Below, in pieces: positions 29,642 to 40,086 of a stretch of 64,000 bases of DNA (the first letter of the stretch is position 1; each line of letters opens with the position of its first letter). The stretch is from Candidatus Latescibacterota bacterium (GTDB taxonomy: Bacteria; Latescibacterota; UBA2968; UBA8231): positions 2,720,001 through 2,784,000 of the forward strand of contig OZ220089.1 in NCBI GenBank assembly GCA_964291625.2, given 5' to 3'. The notes below the pieces were generated by a model. That model worked only from the letters and a program-made list of their open reading frames with translations. It did not search any database and was not told where the DNA came from. Made by a program: the position numbers and the translations under genes.

Positions 29642-30538
29642 TCAGCCTCCGTGCACGTCCCCCGTCGCCTCCGGCGGTCCGAGCTGCCCCCACGGCATCG
29701 GCATCGACGGCCGCTGCCCGTGGTGGTCGCCCCTCGGGGGCTTCGGTCGGGAGCCGAACTCCTCCACCCAGCGGGCCAGCTGCCGGGCCGCCTCCTCCAC
29801 GGCGAGGCGCCCCTTCTCGCGGCTGGCCAGGGTGGCCTCCCCGAGGACGCCGCTGTCCGAGTAGCTCGCCGTCCACGAGGTGACCTGGGCCGGGCAGGAG
29901 CCCAGCAGGTCGGTCCAGTGGAAGTCGGACTCGTGGCGGTGGAAGGCGATCTCGCCGTCGGCGATGCGGTCCTCGCGGACGTTGTCCGGGTCGAGGTGGA
30001 GGTAGACGGAGGTCTCCAGCTCGCAGGCGTGGGAGCAGCCGCCCGGGAACCTGCTCTCCCGCCAGCCCTTCATGAACTCCGGGTCCACCCCCAGCAGGCT
30101 CCACCAGCTCAGGAAGCTGCACTCGGCGTCGGTCTCCAGGTTCACCCGCCGCGCCGCCAGGTCGAGGTTGGGGGCGTTCGACCCGTGGCCGTTGAGGAGG
30201 AGGATCTTCTTGAAGCCGTGGTAGGCGAGGCTGCGGCCTACGTCGACGACGAACTTGATGAAGTGCTCCCAGTGGATGTTGACGGTGCCGGGGAAGTCCA
30301 TCACGTGGGCCGTGTACCCGTGGACGATCGGCGGCATCACCAGCACCCGCTCCGGCATGAGGCGGGCGGCGGCGTGGGCCACCCCCGTGGGGCAGACCAC
30401 GTCCACGTCCAGGGGCAGGTGGGGGCCGTGCTGCTCGGTGGAGCCGATGGGGGCGATCACCGGCTTGCCCGCGGCCACGGCCTCGTTGATCTCGGGCCAG
30501 GTGAGCTTCTCGTAACGCCAGGGTTCGGCCTTCGGCAT
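29642..30538 (-). CDS. Creatininase-family amidohydrolase
   Basis: PIGSTEQHGPHLPLDVD, NGHGSN, HACELETS. Confidence 0.9.
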   Translation of the reverse strand: MPKAEPWRYEKLTWPEINEAVAAGKPVIAPIGSTEQHGPHLPLDVDVVCPTGVAHAAARLMPERVLVMPPIVHGYTAHVMDFPGTVNIHWEHFIKFVVDVGRSLAYHGFKKILLLNGHGSNAPNLDLAARRVNLETDAECSFLSWWSLLGVDPEFMKGWRESRFPGGCSHACELETSVYLHLDPDNVREDRIADGEIAFHRHESDFHWTDLLGSCPAQVTSWTASYSDSGVLGEATLASREKGRLAVEEAARQLARWVEEFGSRPKPPRGDHHGQRPSMPMPWGQLGPPEATGDVHGG

Positions 30539-30610
30539 GTGGGGTTCTCCTTGATGCGGTCAGGGGTGAAAACCGGATCACTCCAGCAGAGGCTCCGGCT
30601 GTCCGCGGTT

Positions 30611-31879
30611 CTACTCGGTCACCTCCGGAGCAGCCGCGTAGATGGTGAGCAGGAGTTCGGCGTCGCCGATCATCCGGTAGGTCGGAGTCTTGCCTGAGAG
30701 GCGCTCGCTGTTGTCGAGGATAACTCGCACGCCCTCGCCACGGCGGTCCATCAGGGTTGTGCGGTCCGTGGTCAGCCAGGAGTGGTCGGGTACCGGAATC
30801 CGCGCCAGCAGGCTGGCAACAGTCTCGTTGCGGGACGACTGAATGTGCACCAGGTCGTCGACGCTCATCGAATTGGGGATCGATCCCGGCGAGTAGATCT
30901 CCAGCCGGTCATCGAAGAGACGCAAGCGGATCTTGGACCCGTGGATGGAGTAGTCCCGGTGCGCGACGGCATTGACCACCGCTTCGAAGACGGCGGACAT
31001 GTCGAACTGCGGTCGGTCCACCCGCCCCATGCTCTTGAAGGCCGCGGTCTTCATGTTCCTGGCGACGAAGCGGCAGGCGTTCTCCACCTGCGCATCCAGC
31101 GGTCCGGCCACGTCTTCGGCGTCGAGCTGGTAGGGATCGCCCGATCCCACGCGGACTTCGGTGCCGCGGTAGGCAACGGCCTGAACGTAGGCACTTGGCA
31201 GCCACTCCCGAGGGTCCATCGCAGCAAGGAGAATGCCGGCAACGGTCGGCTTGAGGTTGCCCCGTTCATCGGTTCGCGCCAGGTGCAGGTTTGACAGGAA
31301 GCGGGAAGCCTCTGTTGCCGACCGGGGGGTTCTGAACCGTTCGACCAGGTCATCCTGCAGGTCGTCGAGCGAGGCCTCGGCTACGACCTCCTCGTCGAAA
31401 CGCACCAGACCGGTTCGCGAACGCTGCGCCAGGAGGCGGGCGAGATACTCCGTGGACATGGGCCGCTTCTGGCTCCCGACCCGGAGCAGGTATCCGCCGG
31501 GGCCGCGATGAACGAACAGGCTGGACGCAACGTCGATCTTGATTACCGGAACCTCGTCCCCCGTCGCGGTCGGCAGCTCGAGGCGCTCGATGATGGGCGC
31601 AACAGAGGGGTCGATCCTGTCCCGGCAGATCTCGTGCACGAGCAATTCCGCCGCATCGAGACCCTCGGCCGGGATGCCCAGGACCTCGCGGGGCTTGTCC
31701 TGGACGCCCAGAACGATCACGCCGCCGTGGCTGTTGGCCAGAGCAGCGATTTCGTCCGCAAGCGAGTTGCGACGCGGCTCCTTTACCTGTCTGCCTGCCA
31801 GGCGCACTTCCTTCAACTCCAGGTAGGAGTCCTCGCCCAGGCGTATCTTGTCGAGCAGCTCGCGCTTGCTATCGAACAC
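30611..31879 (-). CDS. AlbA_2 (Schlafen-like) domain + RecG C-terminal (HATPase_c_4) protein
   Basis: GEDSYLELKE, IAALANSHGG.IVLGV.D, EAVVNAVAHRDYS, DRLEIYSPG, DRRGEG. Confidence 0.85.
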   Translation of the reverse strand: MFDSKRELLDKIRLGEDSYLELKEVRLAGRQVKEPRRNSLADEIAALANSHGGVIVLGVQDKPREVLGIPAEGLDAAELLVHEICRDRIDPSVAPIIERLELPTATGDEVPVIKIDVASSLFVHRGPGGYLLRVGSQKRPMSTEYLARLLAQRSRTGLVRFDEEVVAEASLDDLQDDLVERFRTPRSATEASRFLSNLHLARTDERGNLKPTVAGILLAAMDPREWLPSAYVQAVAYRGTEVRVGSGDPYQLDAEDVAGPLDAQVENACRFVARNMKTAAFKSMGRVDRPQFDMSAVFEAVVNAVAHRDYSIHGSKIRLRLFDDRLEIYSPGSIPNSMSVDDLVHIQSSRNETVASLLARIPVPDHSWLTTDRTTLMDRRGEGVRVILDNSERLSGKTPTYRMIGDAELLLTIYAAAPEVTE

Positions 31880-34694
31880 CGGCCCGCTCCTGTCCGAGGC
31901 GGCGGTAGCGGCGCTCGAAGGCCTCCCGCCCTCCTTCCATGATGCGGCAGACTTCCTCGCGCATGGCCGGTTCCTGCAACGAACCACGTTGCGTGACCAC
32001 GCACTGGCCGTTGCAGAAGTCCAGGGCGTGCAGCATTTCGGCGTCGCCGTTGACGACGACGTTGGGATTGTGGGTGACCACGACGATCTGTCGGCGGCGC
32101 TTGTTCTCCCGTATCTGCCGCACCACCAGGTCGTAGATCAGGTGGTTGTCGAGGTCGTCTTCGGGTTGGTCCAGCACCAGGGGTTCGTCGCCGTGGGCCA
32201 GCAGGAAGGCGAGCATGGCGGCCGCGCGCTGCCCCGCCGAAGCCTGGCTGATGGGGCGGAAACCGGCGCCGTCGCCCCGGGGGCTGTACTCCACTCGCAG
32301 GGCGTCTTCCGGGAACCAGGCGAGCAGGCCGTCCAGCAGGGTGGGTGAGCGTTCGGTCTCGCGTTCGAGGTAGTTGCTGAAGGCGCCCCCGAAACGGCCG
32401 TCGCCTCCCGCGCTTGCCGTCTGGACACGCTCCTTCCATTGCGCGATGCGCTGTTCCATCTGCCGACCGTGCTCGTCGGCGGACTCTGGAAGGTCCGCCA
32501 GCAAGTCCACGACACTCCCCCTGAGAGTGCCCCCATCGTCGGCCAGGATGTCGCTCTGGAAGCGGTTGTCGATCACGTTGAGGGCCTCCCGCATGGAGCG
32601 CTCAACGACGCGGGCCTCGTCGCCATATGGCCGTATCGAGATGCGCACGAACCGGTTCCCGGCAAGAGCCTGGGCGAGAAACGCCGCGCGTGCGGCCGTC
32701 ACGGCGCGGCGGCAATCGAGGACGCGCTCCAGGCTCTCCCGAGCCTGCGCGGCCAGCCGGTCGCGCTCTTCCGCCAACGAGTCCAGATTGGCCAGTTCGC
32801 CTTCGAGCCGCTGGCGGTCCTGGATCAGGCGGCCGTATTCGCTCGGATCCTCGACGCCCTCGGCCCGAAGGTCGCGGATGAGCGTGTCATAGTCATCCTC
32901 GGCCTGCTGCGCCGCCGCAGTCCAGGTGCTGTCTGCGAGTGCCCGCCGTTGCGCAGCCAGCGCCTCACTCAGACGCGCGGCCACCCTGGGCAAGTCCTGA
33001 CGGGCGGCTTCGACCGAAGAGGCCAGGCCGGCAATGATCGCCGCGGCGGCGGCATCCTCCGGTGAGTCGTCGAAGGTCCCGGCCGGCAGGTCCTCGGGCA
33101 GCAACTCTTCGGCGCGGGATTCGATTCGCCCGGCGATCTCCTCGGCGGCCTCGAACTGCCGCTCGAGCTCCCGACGCTGCTTGCGCCGGCGCTGGTAGGC
33201 CGCAAGAACGGCCTGGTGGCTCGCCTCCTCGAAGCGGCTGAGCTTGCGGTGGGTGTCCTGCCGTTCCACTTCCAGACCATCCCGAACCTGCAGCTGCGTC
33301 TCGAGTTCCCGCACCCGAGCCCGCAGCGTCCGGAAGGCGCTGACGGCTTCGGCGAGCTTCCGCATCGGACCGCTCGTATCCGCCGCATCGTCGATCACGC
33401 CGAGCAGCGCCTGCTGGTTGTCGCCGGCCAGTTCGGCGATCTGCCCCTGGTTGAAGATGCGCAAGGGAAAGCGTTGGCTGTCTACGCTCTGAACCGGCGA
33501 CTCCTGCCAGGCAGCGCCGGCATCCTCCTCCACGACAACACCCTTGGCCTCCTGGCGCCAGTGGACGCGATGCCGCACTCCGTCTCGGACCACGGTCCAC
33601 GTGATCGCGGTCGAAGCCCGCAGGCCGCCGTCCTCGCTCCGCTGCGAAGGCAGGCGGTCGAAACGCTCGAAGGTCCGCCGCACCGGACTGTGGGGGTCCA
33701 GACGGGTCAGGTCCGTGTGGCGCCTCGACGCGAGCCTGAGAGCATGGACCACCGTGGACTTGCCGGTTCCGCGTCCGCCGACCAGGGCGTTGAGCCAGGG
33801 ACTGAACTCGATCCGGGCGGGTTCGCCGCGTCCCATGAAGCGGGCATCGCCGATCTCGATCGATTCGATGAAATGAGCCGGCAGCCCGTTCGGATCGAAG
33901 GGGTCGGAGTCGTCGCTGCGCCGGATGGAAAAGCCGGGTCCGTCGAGCAGAGCCAGACGGAGTCCCTCCAGGGAGGGCACGGACATCTTCACCCAGGTGG
34001 AGTGGGAGCCGGGGATCCGCTCTCCCGACGCAGGAGCCGGGTGATGAGAGTCCGATCCGAGCACTTCGGCCCATGCGAGTTGGCGCTGCCGGTAGAGTTC
34101 GGGCGGGTCGGAGGCCGGATCGATGACCTCCATGGCGAACAGGTCGGAGCAATCGAGCAGGGGGCCGAGGCTGCTTCCGGGCAACTCCCAGGCACCCGAG
34201 GGGCCGTCTACGTGTGCGGGAATCACGATGGCTCCGCTCTCCGCGGTGGCCTTCACGACTTCAATGACCGACGCATCGGCGGCCCGGTCGCCTTGCCCGC
34301 GCACACCCTTGTATCGGACCGCCCCGAGGAGCCCGTTGATTTCCGCGGATCCCTTCGCCCTGTCGAAGAGGGCGAGCAGGTGAATGCCGGCGTTGGCCGT
34401 GATCTCGACGCCGGGGAAGAGATAGAGCGGACGATAGCCGGGGTGGTCCTGGAGTCCCTTCAGCGCCTCTTTCAGCTTGTCGATCCACTCCCCGGAGTTA
34501 TGGTCCGTAACCGCCAAGCAGTCCACCTCGGCCCGCATGAAGCCGAGCAGCCAGTCTTCCGGTGTGATCTGCCGCTGGGAACCCTGGTCTTCTCCTTTGC
34601 CGTAGTCAGCAGATGCGGGCGTATGGGTGTGGAGATCGAACTTCCACCACCGTGCCCCAGGGTAGGGCCACTCATGTCCGGTGCTGATGGTCAT
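31869..34694 (-). CDS. PHP-domain + SMC-like ATPase (TrlF/Ppl-like defence protein)
   Basis: DLHTHT, TDHN, GVEI, AHVD, GSDSHH; Walker A GGRGTGKST, coiled coil, SAGQR, LDQPEDDLDN, VTHN. Confidence 0.85.
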   Translation of the reverse strand: MTISTGHEWPYPGARWWKFDLHTHTPASADYGKGEDQGSQRQITPEDWLLGFMRAEVDCLAVTDHNSGEWIDKLKEALKGLQDHPGYRPLYLFPGVEITANAGIHLLALFDRAKGSAEINGLLGAVRYKGVRGQGDRAADASVIEVVKATAESGAIVIPAHVDGPSGAWELPGSSLGPLLDCSDLFAMEVIDPASDPPELYRQRQLAWAEVLGSDSHHPAPASGERIPGSHSTWVKMSVPSLEGLRLALLDGPGFSIRRSDDSDPFDPNGLPAHFIESIEIGDARFMGRGEPARIEFSPWLNALVGGRGTGKSTVVHALRLASRRHTDLTRLDPHSPVRRTFERFDRLPSQRSEDGGLRASTAITWTVVRDGVRHRVHWRQEAKGVVVEEDAGAAWQESPVQSVDSQRFPLRIFNQGQIAELAGDNQQALLGVIDDAADTSGPMRKLAEAVSAFRTLRARVRELETQLQVRDGLEVERQDTHRKLSRFEEASHQAVLAAYQRRRKQRRELERQFEAAEEIAGRIESRAEELLPEDLPAGTFDDSPEDAAAAAIIAGLASSVEAARQDLPRVAARLSEALAAQRRALADSTWTAAAQQAEDDYDTLIRDLRAEGVEDPSEYGRLIQDRQRLEGELANLDSLAEERDRLAAQARESLERVLDCRRAVTAARAAFLAQALAGNRFVRISIRPYGDEARVVERSMREALNVIDNRFQSDILADDGGTLRGSVVDLLADLPESADEHGRQMEQRIAQWKERVQTASAGGDGRFGGAFSNYLERETERSPTLLDGLLAWFPEDALRVEYSPRGDGAGFRPISQASAGQRAAAMLAFLLAHGDEPLVLDQPEDDLDNHLIYDLVVRQIRENKRRRQIVVVTHNPNVVVNGDAEMLHALDFCNGQCVVTQRGSLQEPAMREEVCRIMEGGREAFERRYRRLGQERAGVR

Positions 34695-35038
34695 GGCTGC
34701 TTTGCCTCTGGTTGGTTGCGGCACGTCTGCTCTCGGCATGACTGCCCGGCAATCCTGAAGGTAATTGTGCGCACGATTCCGGGCTCATTTCGCACGATTC
34801 TTGGGCACGTCCAGGGTAGCGTCCGTGCGGAAGCGTTGCTTCAACAAGCCCAGGCCGGGACGTCATCGAACGCCAGGTGGCAGCCGTTCCGGTCATGCTG
34901 TAATGATGGCGAGACAGTCCCGATTGGGCGAGCAGAGGAGCAGGCACTGTGACCATGCAGGAGATCGACGTGCTCATCGACGGCTCGGATTCCGGAAGCC
35001 GTTGCTTTAGGTTTGCCAGCTCTGGCCCATCCTCTGCG

Positions 35039-35782
35039 ATGAACACCATGCCCACCCGCAACAAAGCCGAACTGCAAGCCCACCTCGAAGCCCTCGGCGT
35101 TAAACAGGGCGACACCCTCTTCGTCCACTCCTCCTTCAAGAGCCTGGGCCCGGTCGCCGGCGGGGCGGGCACAGCGGTCGACGCCCTGCAGGCCGCCATC
35201 GGCCCCGGGGGTCTGCTCCTCATGCCCTCCTTCCACCTCGTGAAGCGCGAGGACCGGGCGCGGCTCTGGGACCATGCGGCGACGCCCTCCACCGTGGGGT
35301 GGCTCACCGAGTACTTCCGCCGCATGCCCGACACCCACCGCTCCGACCACTACTCGCACTCGGTGGCCGCCAGGGGCCCCGGCGCCGAGGATTTCGTCGC
35401 CGGCCACCTCAGCCAGGAGGGCCCGCCCTCCTCCTGGGACCGGCTTCCCTGGGGCCGGACCTACGGCACCCACTCGCCTATGTACCGCGCCTACCGCCGC
35501 GGAGGAAGGCTGCTCATGCTCGGCGTCGACTACGAGACCTCCACCTACGTCCACTTCGTGGAGGTCCTCTACTGGGACCACCTGCGGCGAACGGACCCGC
35601 ACGCCCCCCAGCCCCGCCTGGACCGCCCCCGGATCGGGGCCTGGTGGGACGACCACGGCCGGCCGGCCCGGGGGCTGGTGGGCGACTCCCCGTCCCGCCT
35701 CTTCGGCATCGACGCCTACGTCGACGCCCTGCTGGCCGAGGTCGTCGCCGCGCCCGGCCGCTACCTGGCGGCTCCGCGATGA
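35039..35782 (+). CDS. AAC(3)-family N-acetyltransferase-like protein
   Basis: LGVKQGDTLFVHSSFKSLG, LLMPSF, G.LTEYFR, RS.H..HSVAA.G, T.VHFVE. Confidence 0.85.
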   Translation: MNTMPTRNKAELQAHLEALGVKQGDTLFVHSSFKSLGPVAGGAGTAVDALQAAIGPGGLLLMPSFHLVKREDRARLWDHAATPSTVGWLTEYFRRMPDTHRSDHYSHSVAARGPGAEDFVAGHLSQEGPPSSWDRLPWGRTYGTHSPMYRAYRRGGRLLMLGVDYETSTYVHFVEVLYWDHLRRTDPHAPQPRLDRPRIGAWWDDHGRPARGLVGDSPSRLFGIDAYVDALLAEVVAAPGRYLAAPR

Positions 35783-36567
35783 ACGGCCCCCTGCGCGTCC
35801 CCATCCTGGTCTACCACCACGTCTATCCGCAGGGCGCGCCGGAGCTGGATCCGGCGGCCGACGGGGCCGGCATCCTCGGCGAGGCGGAGTTCAGCCGGCA
35901 GATGCTCCACCTTGTCGGCAGGGGCTGGACCGTGGTCTCCACGTCGAGCATCGCGGACTGGCTCGCGGGCGAGGCGGAGCTGCCGGCGCGCTCCGTGGCC
36001 CTGCACTTCGACAACGGCTGGCTGGACACCCTCGAGGTCGCCTTGCCGCTGTTGCAGGAGCTGGGCATGACGGCGACCTGCTTCCCCATCACCGACGGCA
36101 TCGAGGCCGCCTCCCGGGGCGGCAGCGCCGCCGTGCGCACCCTGACCGAGGGCGTGGTGGAGAAGCCCTTCATGACCTGGGGGGACCTGCGGCGGCTGCT
36201 GGCCGCCGGCTGGGAGATCGGCGGCCACACGGCCACCCACTGCAAGATGGCGGAGAAGATCGAGGCCGAGGGCGAGGCCGGCGTCGTCGAGGAGGTGCGG
36301 TCCTCCCACGCCCTCATGGAGAGGCACCTCGGCGGGGCGCCCGTCCACTTCGCCTACCCCAGCGGATCGCGGACGGAAGAGACCGACCGCATACTGGCGG
36401 GGTACTACCGGACGCTGCGGCTGTGGCACGTGGAGTGGCCGGTGCGCTGGACCTTCACGGACCGCGGCACCTCGCCGCTGGCCGCCGACTGTCAGAACAT
36501 CGACCGCAGGATCGGCTTCGGAGATTTCGCGCGGATCTTCGAGGAGGCCGAGGCGGCCCCCGCGTGA
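35779..36567 (+). CDS. Polysaccharide deacetylase (NodB) family protein
   Basis: PILVYHHV, LHFDNG, WEIGGHTATH, FAYPSG. Confidence 0.85.
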   Translation: MNGPLRVPILVYHHVYPQGAPELDPAADGAGILGEAEFSRQMLHLVGRGWTVVSTSSIADWLAGEAELPARSVALHFDNGWLDTLEVALPLLQELGMTATCFPITDGIEAASRGGSAAVRTLTEGVVEKPFMTWGDLRRLLAAGWEIGGHTATHCKMAEKIEAEGEAGVVEEVRSSHALMERHLGGAPVHFAYPSGSRTEETDRILAGYYRTLRLWHVEWPVRWTFTDRGTSPLAADCQNIDRRIGFGDFARIFEEAEAAPA

Positions 36568-36592
36568 GCCCCCGGGCAAGGGGCCGACTCCC

Positions 36593-37318
36593 TCAGGCCA
36601 GCCGCTCGGCGTCGTCCTCGGGCGCGTAGCCGAGCTCGGCGCGGGCGTTCTCCGTGTCCCAGTAGGCGCGCTGGTTGCCCGAGATCCCGTAGTAGATCCC
36701 GAACCTCACGTCCTCCGCCTCCACCGACCGCCAGCAGAGCTGCACGGCGTCGCGGTGACTCAGCCAGGTCGACAGGATGCGGTCGCTGCCGCGGTCGGTG
36801 ACCGCCTCCTCCGGCTGGAAGGAGCCGATGCGCAGGCAGATCACGGCGAGGCCGAAGTGGTCGGCGTAGTAGCGGCCCAGGGCCTCGCCGTGGGCCTTGC
36901 TGGCGCCGTAGAAGCTGTCGGGGCGCACGGGCATGTCGGGATCGGTGGGGATGCCCTCCTTCTCGTACATGCCGGTCACGTGGTTGGTGCTGGCGAAGAC
37001 GACGCGGCCGCAGCCGCGGCGCACGCAGGCCTCGTAGAGGCAGTAGGTGCCGAGGCTGTTCTGGCGGTGGCAGTCCATGAACGAGGCGCCCACCTCCGGG
37101 TTTCCGGCCATGTGGATCACGGCGTCGCAGCCGTCCACGACCTCCTCCATCTTGTCGAGGTCGGTGATGTCGGAGACGAAGACCTCCTCGCCGTCGCGGG
37201 CCGGCAGCACCGTCCGGTTGTAGAGCAGGCGCAGGTCGTAGCGGTCCTTCAGACCCTCGCGCAGCACCCGGCCGATGCGCCCCGCCGCGCCCGTGATCAG
37301 CACCTTCCGCTTCGCCAT
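36593..37318 (-). CDS. NAD-dependent epimerase / uronate dehydrogenase-like
   Basis: LITGAAGRIG, FASTNH, PDSFYGASK, LRIGS, WLSHRD. Confidence 0.85.
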   Translation of the reverse strand: MAKRKVLITGAAGRIGRVLREGLKDRYDLRLLYNRTVLPARDGEEVFVSDITDLDKMEEVVDGCDAVIHMAGNPEVGASFMDCHRQNSLGTYCLYEACVRRGCGRVVFASTNHVTGMYEKEGIPTDPDMPVRPDSFYGASKAHGEALGRYYADHFGLAVICLRIGSFQPEEAVTDRGSDRILSTWLSHRDAVQLCWRSVEAEDVRFGIYYGISGNQRAYWDTENARAELGYAPEDDAERLA

Positions 37319-37343
37319 ATCCTCCTCCGCGGCGCCTCGCCGC

Positions 37344-37396
37344 TTGACCTTTCCGGGGGTCGCGGCGTATTGTCAAGAACTGACGTAATCGTGTCA
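37344..37396 (+). promoter_or_regulatory. Putative sigma70 promoter with TGAC-N8-GTCA palindrome in a divergent intergenic region
   Basis: TTGACC-18nt-TATTGT followed by TGACGTAATCGTGTCA in an AT-rich patch. Confidence 0.35.
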
Positions 37397-37428
37397 AATT
37401 ACAACCACTTCCCTCAATTCGACCCACC

Positions 37429-38589
37429 TTGATTCTCGCCTTCTGGGCCGCGGCGGGACTGGTCCTCTACACCTACCTGGGATACCCCCTGCTGCTCTGG
37501 GTGCTGACCCTCGGCCGCGGCCGCGGCCAGCGGGTCCCGGGACCGCCGGAGCCGCCTTCGGTCAGCCTCGTCGTCACCGCCTACAACGAGCAGGCGGTCC
37601 TGCGCGACAAGCTCGACAACACCTTCGCCCTCGACTATCCCGCCGATCGCCTGCAGGTGGTGGTCGTCTCCGACGGTTCGACGGACGCCACCGACGAGGT
37701 GGCCCGGTCCTACGAGGGCCGGCCGGGGTACGTCTTCCTCCGGCAGGAGCCCAACGCCGGCAAGACCGCCGCCCAGAACGCGGCCGTGCGCGCCGCCACC
37801 GGCGAGGTCCTCGTGTTCTCCGACGCCAACAGCATGTACGCCCCCGACGCGCTGCGGCAGCTGGTGGCGCGGCTCACGGATGATGTCGGCTGCGTCTGCG
37901 GCGAGCTGCGCTACACCAACCCCGACCGCGCCGGGGCCGGCGAGGGCGAGGGCTACTACTGGCGCTACGAGCAGTTCCTCAAGCGGCGCGAGAGCCTCCT
38001 CGGCGCCCTGGTCGGCGCCAACGGCTCGATCTACGCCCTGCGCCGGGAGCTGTTCGAGGAGCTGGATTCCCGGATCATCTCGGACTTCATCCTGCCCATC
38101 CGCCTGCGCCGCCGCGGGCACCGCGTCATCTACGCTCCGGCAGCGGTGGCCGTGGAGGAGAGCGGCCGCGGCTTCGGCCAGGAGCTCCAACGCCGCCGGC
38201 GGATCGTCGCCCGGTCGCTCTACGGCCTGTGGCGCGAGGCCGGCGCCCTCAACCCCTTCGCCCACCCCCTGCTCGCCTTCCAGATCCTCTCCCACAAGGT
38301 GGTGCGCTGGCTGGTGCCGATCCTGCTCATGGTGCTGCTGGGGTCCAGCGCCGCCGTCACCGCGGCCCAGGGCGAGCCCTACCGGACGCTGCTGGCGGCC
38401 CAGATCGTCCTCTACGGGCTGGGCCTGCTCGGCGGCCTGTTCCCGCGCGGCTGCGGACGCCTGGGCCTGTTCTACCTGCCGGCCTACTTCTGCGCCATCA
38501 ACATCGGGGCCCTCCTCGGGCTCCTCGGCGCCCTGCGGGGGCAGCGCCACACCGTGTGGAAGCCGGTGACGCGCCCCGACGCGGACTGA
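37429..38589 (+). CDS. Glycosyltransferase family 2
   Basis: AYNE, SDGSTDAT, GKTAAQN, FSDAN, GANGSIYALR, RRRRI. Confidence 0.9.
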   Translation: MILAFWAAAGLVLYTYLGYPLLLWVLTLGRGRGQRVPGPPEPPSVSLVVTAYNEQAVLRDKLDNTFALDYPADRLQVVVVSDGSTDATDEVARSYEGRPGYVFLRQEPNAGKTAAQNAAVRAATGEVLVFSDANSMYAPDALRQLVARLTDDVGCVCGELRYTNPDRAGAGEGEGYYWRYEQFLKRRESLLGALVGANGSIYALRRELFEELDSRIISDFILPIRLRRRGHRVIYAPAAVAVEESGRGFGQELQRRRRIVARSLYGLWREAGALNPFAHPLLAFQILSHKVVRWLVPILLMVLLGSSAAVTAAQGEPYRTLLAAQIVLYGLGLLGGLFPRGCGRLGLFYLPAYFCAINIGALLGLLGALRGQRHTVWKPVTRPDAD

Positions 38590-38591
38590 TC

Positions 38592-40061
38592 TTGTCGCAG
38601 CCCTGGGTCACCCTGCTCCTGGTCGTCTCCGACTTCCTGGCCGTCAACCTGGGGACGGCGGCCCTGCTGTGGATGAAGCACGCCGGCGGCACCCTCTCCT
38701 CGGTGGAGCTCGCCTGGAGAGAGCGGCACCCCGGGGCCGCCGGCGAGGCCCCCTTCTCCTTCGCCCTCGAGTTCTACCTCTACGACGCCCTGCCCCTGAT
38801 CTGCCTGGGCTGGCTGGTGCTCTTCGTCTTCAACGGGCTCTACAGACTGGGCCCGACGACCTCCCGCTTCGACGAGGCGGTGCGCGTCTTCCGCGTCGTC
38901 ACCCTCGGCGTGGTGCTGCTCTTCATCATCACCTTCGACCTGCGCGGCGGCTTCACCTTCACCCGCGCCCTCATGGCCTCCTACTGGATCGTCCTGATCG
39001 TGCTGGTGGCGACCGGGCGGATCAGCCTGCGCAGCCTGCAGATGCGGCTGCTGGCCGCGGGCGTCGGCCGCAGCAACACCGTGATCGTCGGCACCGACGA
39101 GCGCGGCCACCGCCTGCTGCAGGCCCTCGACGCGTCGCCCGCCCAGGGCTACGAGGTCATCGGATTCGTGCGCGCCCCCGGCGAAGCGGTGGTGGCCGAG
39201 GTGGGCGGGCTGCCCGTCCTCGGCGAGGTCGAGGACCTGGGCCGCATCGTCGGCGGCCAGGGGGTGAAGGCGGTCCTCATCGCCCTGCGCTCCAACAGCC
39301 ACGAGGAGGTCCTGCGCATCGTCGACGCCGCCGGCGGCGCCGCATCGCCCGTCGCCTTCGGGATCACCCCCGACCTCTACGACATCGTCACCGGCCACGT
39401 GCGCACGCAGCAGATCTACGGCGTGCCCCTCATGGAGCTGCGGCCGCAGCTCATGCCGCCTTGGGAGAGCGCCGTCAAGCGGCTCCTGGACGTGGCCGCC
39501 GCGGTCCTCGTCCTCGGAGGGCTGGCCCCCGTGTGGATCCTGGTGGCGGCGGCGATCAAGCTCGACTCGCGCGGGCCCGTCCTGTTCCGCCAGGAGCGGG
39601 TCGGCCGCGACGGCCGGGTCTTCACCATGTACAAGTTCCGCTCCATGGTGGAGGAGGCCGAGGAGGGCACCGGTCCGGTGTGGGTCAAGGGGGCGGACCC
39701 GCGGGTGACCCGGATGGGCCGTCTGCTGCGGGGCCTGCACCTGGACGAGATCCCCCAGTGCCTGAACTTCCTGCGCGGCGACATGAGCCTGGTGGGACCG
39801 CGGCCCGAGCGGCCCTACTTCGTGGAGAAGTTCCGCGCCGGGATCCCCTTCTACATGCGCCGTTTCAACGTCAAGCCGGGGCTTCTCGGCTGGGCCCAGT
39901 CGAAGCACGAGTTCGACATGGACTCGACGGACCTGGAGCGCATCGCCGCCGAGCGCCTGGAGTACGACCTCTACTACATCGAGAACGCGTCGCTCATGCT
40001 GGACTTCAAGATCATGCTGCGGACCATCTGGTTCGTGCTGGCCGGCAAGAGCACGAGGTGA
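38592..40061 (+). CDS. Polyprenyl-phosphate sugar phosphotransferase (WcaJ/WbaP family)
   Basis: N-terminal TMs, KRLLD, FRQERVG, KFRSM, DPRVT, LDEIPQ, GDMSLVGPRPE, KPGLLGWAQ, YDLYYI; start approximate. Confidence 0.9.
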   Translation: MSQPWVTLLLVVSDFLAVNLGTAALLWMKHAGGTLSSVELAWRERHPGAAGEAPFSFALEFYLYDALPLICLGWLVLFVFNGLYRLGPTTSRFDEAVRVFRVVTLGVVLLFIITFDLRGGFTFTRALMASYWIVLIVLVATGRISLRSLQMRLLAAGVGRSNTVIVGTDERGHRLLQALDASPAQGYEVIGFVRAPGEAVVAEVGGLPVLGEVEDLGRIVGGQGVKAVLIALRSNSHEEVLRIVDAAGGAASPVAFGITPDLYDIVTGHVRTQQIYGVPLMELRPQLMPPWESAVKRLLDVAAAVLVLGGLAPVWILVAAAIKLDSRGPVLFRQERVGRDGRVFTMYKFRSMVEEAEEGTGPVWVKGADPRVTRMGRLLRGLHLDEIPQCLNFLRGDMSLVGPRPERPYFVEKFRAGIPFYMRRFNVKPGLLGWAQSKHEFDMDSTDLERIAAERLEYDLYYIENASLMLDFKIMLRTIWFVLAGKSTR

Positions 40062-40086
40062 GGGTCAACCAAGGAGAAGGAGCGCC

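Noticed and set aside
35039-35782. Aminoglycoside resistance gene
   Set aside because: Belongs to the broad AAC(3)/YokD family, has host-like GC, is coupled to a deacetylase and has no mobile context; resistance cannot be inferred.
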